Positions 23,759-31,023 of a stretch of DNA of 32,000 nt are shown here, in pieces (position 1 is the stretch's first letter; every line of letters begins with the position of its first letter). The stretch is taken from the NCBI GenBank assembly GCA_024860875.1, contig JACPSZ010000015.1:142650-174649 (forward strand). The letters run 5' to 3'. Position numbers and translations under genes: made by a program. The notes under the pieces were generated by a model. That model was not told the DNA's origin. It saw only the letters and a list, made by a program, of their open reading frames with translations, and ran no database searches. Source of the DNA: Nitrososphaerota archaeon. Lineage in GTDB: Archaea; Thermoproteota; Nitrososphaeria; Nitrososphaerales; UBA57.

Positions 23759-24470
23759 TCATGCCTTCTTCCTTCTACTAAATAGCACTCCTGCAATTAC
23801 AAGGATGATTACGCTGATTCCTATGGTAGCATATGATATTGGGCTGACGGTTTCTACGGTAACTTCCTTGACTATTTCTTTTGGTACTTCCTTAATGACT
23901 TCTTTTGGTACCTCCTTTGATGACTTCCTTTGTTATTACTTGTGGTTGAGGAAGTTGATCAGGTAGACCAAAGACCATCACAGCTCCGGGTGCAGCCCCG
24001 GTATACCACCCAACCCTCCTCCAGTGAATCCTAGTCCATTAGTCTGAATGAGTCTAACCTTTCCCGTGCCTGTTTACCCTAACGTCGGTTGAGTTCCTAG
24101 TGCGACACCGAAGAATTTCTTTTGTATGAACTTCCCGGTATCTGCATCCAAGATGTAGAGCTGCCCGTCGGCCGCAGCGGAATATACTACCCCACCGCTA
24201 GCTACGATCCCTCCCATGAAGGCCACTGTTGGGATGAAGTAGCTCCACTTCTGTTTCCCAGAAACAGCGTCAACGGCGTATATTGCGGTGTTCTTGGGAG
24301 TAGGGTAGGGTACGGATCTTCCGAAGTTACGCGTAAGAGGACCGGCAGTCACGTAACTACCCAGCCATCTGCTATCGCTACAAAGATGGTCTTTCGGTCA
24401 GTACCTAGGCGAAATCCGATTCTCCAGATCTGACAGGCATCCAGCAGAATGGGCTAGCTGAGGGCGCGCG
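23759..24470 (-). pseudogene. Decayed PQQ-like beta-propeller surface protein with a repeat linker and a C-terminal TM anchor
   Basis: Blade motifs are present (AIYAVDAVSGKQKW, DGQLYILDADTGK, GAVMVFGLP). The reading frame is broken by an in-frame TAA at 24074-24076 and by at least three frame changes (about 24355, about 23995, about 23912). The tail …VSPISYATIGISVIILVIAGVLFSRRKKA* has no start codon of its own. The N-terminal blades are absent. Confidence 0.6.
23862..23934 (-). repeat. Three tandem units of 24, 24 and 25 nt encoding a PKE(V/I)(I/V)KEV-type linker
   Basis: The units are 23862-23885, 23886-23909 and 23910-23934. The third unit carries one extra base (25 nt), which causes the frameshift. 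Confidence 0.8.
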
Positions 24471-24557
24471 CTCTACCGAAGGGAATTACCCTTTCTATCG
24501 CTGGTAGAGGGACAACCCAACCATAAGAGGTTATCTAGGCTATGACATCAAACGCAA

Positions 24558-24946
24558 ATGGCGAACAATATTATTTATCCTGACGAAGACGATGTACTGC
24601 AACTGCGTAAGGGTTTCAAACTCACCATAGGCGGTTATCTATCTAGAGGCTCATTTCTCTATATCCTAACACGGTTCGAGATCTGTACAACGAGGAAAGT
24701 TTTAGAGATGCATTAGTCGCTAAAGCGGTGTATCTTTTGTTCAATGTCGTAGTAGCACACCCCTTCGTTGATGGCAATAAGAGAACTGCTTATGGTGCGG
24801 CAGACATATTCCTAAGATTAAACAGCTATTATCTAGATGTTAACCCAAGGTCGGGTGTTGAATTTATTGTCCAAGTCGCAAGTGGTAAGGTAAACGCTCA
24901 GAAAGCAAGAAAATGGGTAGACGAACATTTAAAGAAGCTCAACTAA
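24558..24946 (+). pseudogene. doc: Doc (Fic-fold) toxin gene, frameshifted
   Basis: The C-terminal ORF (24728-24946) carries the Doc signature HPFVDGNKRTA. The matching N-terminus (MANNIIYPDEDDVLQLRKGFKLTIGG) starts at the ATG at 24558 in a different frame and stops at 24714-24716. Joining the two parts needs at least one and probably two frame changes within 24630-24700. Confidence 0.7.
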
Positions 24947-25182
24947 TAATAGTGATTCGACAAAATGACTTACGCTGCAACTAGGCCAACCAAGGAACAA
25001 GTGAAGAGAGCCATAGGGGATACTCTGGAGAACAATGCAAAATTGTACGAGTTGTTGGCCAAGTACGACGCAGAAAATCATGTCGCGAAAAAATCAATAA
25101 AGGTAAAACGCAGTTAGATAACCAATTCTTAATTTACTGGTAAATCAATACCGAAATCCCATCCTTTGCACTAATTTACAAG

Positions 25183-25204
25183 CCCTCATTAGGCGGAATG
25201 AGGG
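25183..25204. terminator. Perfect 8-bp hairpin in the convergent gap upstream (in coordinates) of the MCO stop
   Basis: The stem is CCCTCATT (25183-25190) and AATGAGGG (25197-25204), with the loop aggcgg between them. No adjacent T-run is present, so its role as a terminator is uncertain. Confidence 0.3.
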
Positions 25205-25256
25205 ACTCGGGTAATACACTTTGCTTAGTTTGCGCGTATGCTTCCATTTTCTGAAC

Positions 25257-26717
25257 CTATTCGACTATAAGGACTGCAATCATGCCAGCGTCGGCGTGGC
25301 TGACTACATGACAATGGATCAACCAGATACCAGACTCGATTGCTCTGAATTCCAAGGTGTCCGCTTGCCCGGGCATCAGTGGGAGTACCGAGGCTGCCCA
25401 AGAATCTCCTCTAAGCGTCCTTATCGACCTGTGTTCGAATCCATGGTGATGATGCGAATGGTACAGGTCGCCTATGTTGATTATGTGCAACCTTACAACA
25501 TCATCCTTTTTGACTTTGAATGCAGTCACAGTAACATTCAGTTGTGCGGCAACAGCATCGAATCCTCCCTTCTCAAAAGCTTCCATCAGAGCCATTTCGC
25601 CGCCGGGTATGCCTCTGTTGTTTATGACAAACGGTGCGGGGGAGCCTGGCTGACCTTCACCGTAGAATAACACAAAGTCTTTTGCGGGTGAGATGTCAGG
25701 CTCGTCTACTATAATAGCTCCGTACAGGCCCATTCTTATGTGCTGGGATATTGATCTACCTCCGTCAGCTGAATGGCAATGGAAGTAAAAGATGCCTGCA
25801 GTTCTTAATTGAAATTCATACACATATTCTCTGTTAGGAGGAATCATAGAGCCAACGCCTTTCCCCGCAATTATATTGGCCTGAGAACCGTCCATCTCAA
25901 ATTTGTAGCCACTCAAGTGTGTATGGAAACTGTGTGTCATGTTATGCTTATTGATGACCTTTACACGTAGTATTTCTCCTACCTTCCCTCGCAATGTGGG
26001 TGCTGGGACTGTTCCGTTATAAGTCCAGACCTCCCAAGTCTTGTCGCCAACCTTCATCTGCTTTGGTTCAACGATGAGTGTATACTCCCTGATGTTTTGA
26101 CCCATCGCTACCGGTGCTCTGGGTAACAGCTGAGTGAACTGCGGCTGGCCTATGGACAGTCCTACTATTATCCCGAAGGAGGCTCCTAGGAGCAATCCTA
26201 CTAATATTAGCGAAGCAGGTTTGAGTGGTGCAGTATCGCTCTTAGATGTCGCCATTGCAATTCTACCTCCTCTTCCTCCGTTTGCTAGGTTTCCTGCTCG
26301 GGAAAGGTGAAGGAGAATAACCATAAAGCCCAACTCCGCAGCCTTCACTAAAAGGCCGAGTGCGTCTACAGGCTCTGGTTCATTATAGTGACCTATCGGG
26401 ATTCCTACGAACCTAGTTGCGAAATAAAGAGGAATTAGACCTACAGAACTCAGTATGCCTATTCTGTATAGCCATTTGCTCGAAAAGAACAAGAAGAGCC
26501 CTCCTAAGGCCAGCTGCAGAATTCCTACTCCAGCGAAGAATGCTGCAAGAATTAGAACATCTCCGTGCTCTGGTATAAGAGATAGGTGTGCGATCCCTGC
26601 CGTAGCAACCAGAAATACTGCTGCTACATTTGGAGAAGCATAATTGATACCCAATCTTGCGATTGACTCGCTTACTATATTGTCATTTTTCCCAAGGGAT
26701 TTTCTTGACATGCTCAT
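25257..26717 (-). CDS. Two-domain multicopper oxidase fused to an N-terminal polytopic membrane domain
   Basis: Copper-ligand motifs are present: HSFHTH, FYFHCHSADGG…HIRMG, LYHSHHHHGFEH and WLIHCHVVSHADAGM. The first 200 aa or so contain about five hydrophobic helices. The remaining 285 aa or so is the size of two cupredoxin domains. Confidence 0.85.
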   Translation of the reverse strand: MSMSRKSLGKNDNIVSESIARLGINYASPNVAAVFLVATAGIAHLSLIPEHGDVLILAAFFAGVGILQLALGGLFLFFSSKWLYRIGILSSVGLIPLYFATRFVGIPIGHYNEPEPVDALGLLVKAAELGFMVILLHLSRAGNLANGGRGGRIAMATSKSDTAPLKPASLILVGLLLGASFGIIVGLSIGQPQFTQLLPRAPVAMGQNIREYTLIVEPKQMKVGDKTWEVWTYNGTVPAPTLRGKVGEILRVKVINKHNMTHSFHTHLSGYKFEMDGSQANIIAGKGVGSMIPPNREYVYEFQLRTAGIFYFHCHSADGGRSISQHIRMGLYGAIIVDEPDISPAKDFVLFYGEGQPGSPAPFVINNRGIPGGEMALMEAFEKGGFDAVAAQLNVTVTAFKVKKDDVVRLHIINIGDLYHSHHHHGFEHRSIRTLRGDSWAASVLPLMPGQADTLEFRAIESGIWLIHCHVVSHADAGMIAVLIVE

Positions 26718-27152
26718 GACTGATGATCAAGTAGGATTAACAGTTGTCCCGAACCTGTACGGGATAGGTTGTTCTAACGACAAGCATGGTTGGCGTTGCG
26801 TTATCTGATTGTTGACTACCCGAAATAAAAAGAATAAAATAGGAATACCAGCATCGGTTTGAGAGTTGCGTAAGATACCACTCAAAGGATTTGTATCGCA
26901 ATCTACGTTTAAGATATCGAATTTAGATCGTGGTTGGGGTTTGCCAGTAAAAAATCAATTGCGACTCGGCTGGTTTAGAATTCAAGGTGGGCCAAAAGTG
27001 GGTTTAGGTCTAATGTATCTGGTTTTAGGATTCCGTGAGCTTAAGCTACACATAGCGCTCAATGGTTCATCAAACATTTTAAGGCTGAGGAATCCACTGT
27101 TTGGGGACGTGTTTTGTCCTTTTAGATAACACTGGCTTTTTTTTGACATTTG

Positions 27153-27872
27153 TTATGCGTCGATTTGTAGAAGAAAATCCCTGACTCTTTTGATGAATCC
27201 ATAATAGTCTGGTTCCCAGATCAAATGACCGGAATTCTCAAAAGTGATGACCTTTGCTTTGGGCAGATGCTCAAGATATTTTGAAACCATCTCTTGCTCC
27301 AGATAGCTGCCTGGAAGACCGCCCTTCAAAATTAATACGGGACACCTAATCTTATCCAATCTATCCCACAATAGTATTTCCTTAGACTCGCGTTGCAGAG
27401 CCTTAACGACATCAGACTTTACTTGCTCGGCCATCCCAAAAAGTATAGATCTAACCCATTCATCTGAAATGGCAGGGTAACACGGCGGATAATCAATTAC
27501 GATTAGACCCTTGAGGCATTCAGGATGTCTCGCTCCAAATTCAATAGAGTATGGCACACCTATCGAATATGCCATCAGGCAGAAGGACTCAAGTCCAATT
27601 TTTGATGCTATAGCCTCTAAATCTGATACATGGTCGAAAAATGTGTATCCCTTTTTCGGCGCATCGCTTCTTCCACGACCACGTAGACTTACCGAAATAC
27701 ACCTTCTCGGAGCGAACAGATGGATATCAGACTCCAAATTCTCAGCTCCTTCCAAATCGCCTGGCAGGTAAAATAATGGAACCAGTTTGGGATCTGAGTT
27801 TTTGTAACCGTCAAGGTAGTGTAAGCGAAGACCGTCATTCTCCGCCCAGCCCTCCTCGATGACTTTATCCAT
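27153..27872 (-). CDS. Alpha/beta-fold hydrolase
   Basis: The oxyanion region is LFYLPGD. The nucleophile elbow is LMAYSIGVPY (Sm-x-Ser-x-Sm). The C-terminal His is in ENSGHLIWEPD. The substrate is unknown. Confidence 0.75.
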   Translation of the reverse strand: MDKVIEEGWAENDGLRLHYLDGYKNSDPKLVPLFYLPGDLEGAENLESDIHLFAPRRCISVSLRGRGRSDAPKKGYTFFDHVSDLEAIASKIGLESFCLMAYSIGVPYSIEFGARHPECLKGLIVIDYPPCYPAISDEWVRSILFGMAEQVKSDVVKALQRESKEILLWDRLDKIRCPVLILKGGLPGSYLEQEMVSKYLEHLPKAKVITFENSGHLIWEPDYYGFIKRVRDFLLQIDA

Positions 27873-27990
27873 TATGATTCTGCACTATGCATGTTTCATT
27901 CCATGATAATAATTATTGTTGCTCCCGTTTTTTCATCTTACTTTCATTCAAGCCCAAAAACGTAGAGGTACGATCGAGATCCTAACCATC

Positions 27991-28208
27991 TCAATTTCTT
28001 GAACGTCGAAACATGCTGATTTCAATCTGGTCTCCTTTCTTTAAACCTTGACTCTCTTTAGGAACAACAAAAAAGCCATCAGCTCGCGCGCTACACCCAA
28101 GAAGACCATGACTGCTCCGATCCTTCCAGATAACTCTGCTTTCAGTGTTCCGTGGAGTTCATCCAAGAGAACAATATTCTCCTTCTTGTAGACTCCAGAC
28201 TTTCGCAT
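27991..28208 (-). pseudogene. Remnant of a MoeA C-terminal (domain IV) coding region, frameshifted
   Basis: Two frames must be joined. MRKSGVYKKENIVLLDELHGTLKAELSG starts at the ATG at 28208. …SSHGLLGCSARADGFFVVPKESQGLKKGDQIEISMF ends at the stop at 27991-27993. Together they align by eye with the C-terminus of the window's own MoeA (KAGMDRFLLVQIKNIDGQQIATPLGLDTNLLSSLVSANAYSIVPSDSEPKAGESLEFHPL). The second frame has no start codon. Confidence 0.45.
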
Positions 28209-28241
28209 CGATTTCGAACTCGCGGATCTGCCTTTTTATTG

Positions 28242-29096
28242 CTAACGAAGGTCTCGAAGGAGCTTGAAGACAGTGTATGATAGAATGATGATGAAGATGC
28301 CGTTTATGTAGATGTCAGGAATTTGTAGCAAAAAGATTCCGCTCAGCAACACCCCTAACAACGAACCTATTCCCATTATGAGCGCTATTCTGATAGTGCG
28401 CTTCCCGATTACGCCGTAACTATTATGCTTGCTAGCACTCATGGCCATTGTAGGTATGGAAACCAACTGACTTATTGTTCCAGCTATCTTGATTGGATAC
28501 CCAAATAGATACATGAGAATGGGGATGCGGTACTCTCCTCCCGCTACACCAGTTGCTCCAGCTACCAGCCCAACAAGAAACCCGAACACAGCTGCAAGGG
28601 GAAGCTCAAATGAAGGGAAGACTCGTGTAGGATCATTCTCAGCAACCATCTCAAACAGAATTCTTGCTATCACAATTGAGAGTATCACTGCAAGAAAGAT
28701 TTTCAGTCTCTTTATCGAAACTCTGTGGCTGATCACGGCTCCAAAATATCCGCCGAACAAAGAGCCTGCTACCATACTGAGAGATAATGACATGTCCTCA
28801 ACAGCGAACAAGCCGCTTTGCCACCTGACCAAGAAGCTTGAACCCGAAGTAACCAGACTAACAATCAGGTTCAATGCAACCATTTCTCTGACAGGAACGC
28901 CTAGAGCATAGAGCAGGAAAGGTATTCTCAGTTCTGCCCCTCCTAAGCCAACAAGCCCTGCAACAAGACCGGTGAAGAGTCCGGCCCCCAGCGATATTGC
29001 AGACTCTCTTGCAGGACTCTCTGGTTTCAGAGTTTGATGCTCTGCTCGCAAGATCTGCTTGGAAATAGTTCTTGTAAAGCTTGCTCTTATACCCAA
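28242..29096 (-). CDS. TauE/SafE (TSUP, DUF81) family anion exporter
   Basis: It is a polytopic membrane protein with the duplicated signature GLGGAELRIPFL / VAGGEYRIPIL. The start is TTG at 29094-29096. Confidence 0.85.
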   Translation of the reverse strand: MGIRASFTRTISKQILRAEHQTLKPESPARESAISLGAGLFTGLVAGLVGLGGAELRIPFLLYALGVPVREMVALNLIVSLVTSGSSFLVRWQSGLFAVEDMSLSLSMVAGSLFGGYFGAVISHRVSIKRLKIFLAVILSIVIARILFEMVAENDPTRVFPSFELPLAAVFGFLVGLVAGATGVAGGEYRIPILMYLFGYPIKIAGTISQLVSIPTMAMSASKHNSYGVIGKRTIRIALIMGIGSLLGVLLSGIFLLQIPDIYINGIFIIILSYTVFKLLRDLR

Positions 29097-29102
29097 ATAG
29101 TT

Positions 29103-30089
29103 TCACTGTGTGCATAAAGTAAGGCCAGATTTGCGCATTTCAGAGCCAGACTTGAAGAACGGCTCTCTCAGCAGAACAGCCTTCTTGAATATCTCTGCTA
29201 GATCAGAATCAGATGTTCCTCTTCTCATCGCTACCAGAAAGTCAACATGATTCTCGCTCCTCAGGAGGCAGGGTTTGAACTTCCCGTCGCAAGTTATCCT
29301 CATTCGATTGTTGCCCATGCAGAATGACGAATTATTCATTGGCCTAACAACTTCGACACAGACGCCGTTTTCCAGCTCGTATCTTGGCCTTCTGTGCAAC
29401 ACCCTCTCCGACACCGAAATTGCCCTTTCTTTGAGTTTCTCCTCTATCGCATCAAGGTTCAGATGGTATGCTTCGTAAAAATTCGAAGCAGTAGTTGGTA
29501 CCATTTCAATCAGCTGAAGAATATTTGTCCCCCCTCCTCCAAGCTCTCTGGAGAACTCTATCATGTCATTAACTTCGGAATCGTTGATGCCTCTTATGAC
29601 TGTCACATTAATCTTTACAGGTCGCAATTGTGCAGTTATTGATGCTTTTATCGCTTCAATCGTGTCCTTCAACTTGTTAGCATGCGTAAGAAACCTGAAG
29701 GTATCTTCCTTGAGGCTATGGAGACTTATGTTGACTCTGCTAAGACCTTTTTCTTTTAGAATGGCGGCAAGCCTCGCAAGGCGAGTGCCATTTGTAGTCA
29801 TGGAAACTTCTTCGATAGGGACAGATTTTATTCGGCCAACAATCTCAACTATGTCAGTTCTAAGCATGGGCTCACCTCCTGTAAGCTTGACCCTCTTCAC
29901 CCCGAACAGGTTTGTAAGCCTGACAATCCTTTCGATTTCTTGAGGCGTCATCTGTTCATGACTTTCAAGAATTCCCTCTTTATGGCAAAAGATGCAGCCC
30001 CAATTGCACTCTGCAGAATTATTTACCGATATTCTTAGATCTGTTACAGGTCTCCTCCACTGGTCGTAGAGAGGTGTCCCTGCAGACAT
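29103..30089 (-). CDS. moaA: GTP 3',8-cyclase MoaA (radical SAM, molybdenum cofactor biosynthesis)
   Basis: The radical-SAM cluster motif is CNWGCIFCH (C-x3-C-x2-C). The GGEP motif is LTGGEPMLR. The C-terminal second-cluster cysteines lie in SFCMGNNRMRITCDGKFKPC. Confidence 0.9.
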   Translation of the reverse strand: MSAGTPLYDQWRRPVTDLRISVNNSAECNWGCIFCHKEGILESHEQMTPQEIERIVRLTNLFGVKRVKLTGGEPMLRTDIVEIVGRIKSVPIEEVSMTTNGTRLARLAAILKEKGLSRVNISLHSLKEDTFRFLTHANKLKDTIEAIKASITAQLRPVKINVTVIRGINDSEVNDMIEFSRELGGGGTNILQLIEMVPTTASNFYEAYHLNLDAIEEKLKERAISVSERVLHRRPRYELENGVCVEVVRPMNNSSFCMGNNRMRITCDGKFKPCLLRSENHVDFLVAMRRGTSDSDLAEIFKKAVLLREPFFKSGSEMRKSGLTLCTQ

Positions 30090-30092
30090 GCG

Positions 30093-30431
30093 TTAACCTC
30101 TTTTTTTCCTTGCTTCATCCCTGATGACCTCGTTTGCCCAGTTCCAGACTCTCACGGTTGGACCTAGACCTTCTGAAGTCAAGATTTGCAGTATTGCGTG
30201 GCTAACTTCATCTTCAGAAGCTCCGCTGCGAAGCGCTAACCTGACATGCGTTTTGAATGGAGTTTCTTGCCTTTTCGATCCGTAAATTCCCATCTTTATC
30301 AGATGGATATCTTTCTCCTTTAATGGTCCGGCATTTGTGCACTCCTCCCCGAGTTTTGAGTAAACCTTCCACACCTTCGGATACTTGGCGGCAAACTTCT
30401 GCAGAGAATCAGGCAGGTTGGCTAGTGTCAT
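30093..30431 (-). CDS. Carboxymuconolactone decarboxylase (AhpD-like) family protein
   Basis: The small helical protein fits the CMD-domain pattern (PKVWKVYSKLGEECTNAGPLKEKDIHLIKMGI…LALRSGASEDEVSHAILQI). It lies 3 nt upstream of moaA. Confidence 0.7.
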   Translation of the reverse strand: MTLANLPDSLQKFAAKYPKVWKVYSKLGEECTNAGPLKEKDIHLIKMGIYGSKRQETPFKTHVRLALRSGASEDEVSHAILQILTSEGLGPTVRVWNWANEVIRDEARKKRG

Positions 30432-30450
30432 GTTTCCTGATTTGATATGC

Positions 30451-31023
30451 TCATGTTTGAAGATATGGTTTAGCCCTTACACGTTCGGGTTCTTTTTCCG
30501 ACAGGGCTTTAGAAACTTCTGCCTCTAACATCTGAACTAAAATCCCTGTTTCATCCTTGCTAACCAATTTTGCACCTTTGGGCAGCGATTTGAACCGTGC
30601 ATTATTATTGCTCACAACAGCGATAGTCCTGCCAGGTCCCGATGTGAACTTGCGAAGATTCTCCGGATTTTTTGCAAGTATTATCTTGAGTATACGCTCG
30701 TCAGCCAGAACGAGCGACCTAAATCCCTCTATTATCATTACGTCAACATTATTTTGAATCAATGAATGTATGCTAGCAAGGTTCGCAACAGAGCCTCTTT
30801 CCTTCACTATGATAGTTTCGCTCTTTGAAAACCCGACTACAACATCAGCGCCTGCCTTGCGGAAGCGCCTAGTATCCTTGCGTTCAAGGTCGAAAAGGTC
30901 GTGAGAAGAATGCTTTACGGCTCCAACCTTGAAACCTTTCGCTGAGAGCGTACTTATGACCTGCTCTATTAGCGTGGTTTTTCCCGAGCCACTATCCCCG
31001 AGCACACCTATGTAGACTGTCAT
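30451..31023 (-). CDS. mobB: Molybdopterin-guanine dinucleotide biosynthesis adapter protein MobB
   Basis: The Walker A motif is GVLGDSGSGKTTL. It is followed by GFKVGAVKHSSH and DTRRFRKAGAD, which are typical of MobB. A C-terminal extension is present. The start overlaps the moeA stop by 4 nt (31020-31023). Confidence 0.85.
   Translation of the reverse strand: MTVYIGVLGDSGSGKTTLIEQVISTLSAKGFKVGAVKHSSHDLFDLERKDTRRFRKAGADVVVGFSKSETIIVKERGSVANLASIHSLIQNNVDVMIIEGFRSLVLADERILKIILAKNPENLRKFTSGPGRTIAVVSNNNARFKSLPKGAKLVSKDETGILVQMLEAEVSKALSEKEPERVRAKPYLQT

Noticed and set aside
24449-24530. tRNA-like words (minus-strand GGTAGAGCG; plus-strand GGGCTAGCTGAGGGCGCGCGCTCTACC) upstream of doc
   Set aside because: No anticodon arm or T-arm can be folded. 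The region is better explained as the 5' remnant of the PQQ pseudogene plus a hairpin.
25221-25670. 149-aa plus-strand ORF overlapping the 3' third of the multicopper oxidase gene
   Set aside because: It is antisense to the Cu-ligand motifs of the MCO. It is a shadow ORF.
28489-29943. Plus-strand ORFs inside the TauE and moaA genes (28489-28911, 29275-29478, 29394-29642, 29563-29943)
   Set aside because: They are antisense shadows of well-supported minus-strand genes.
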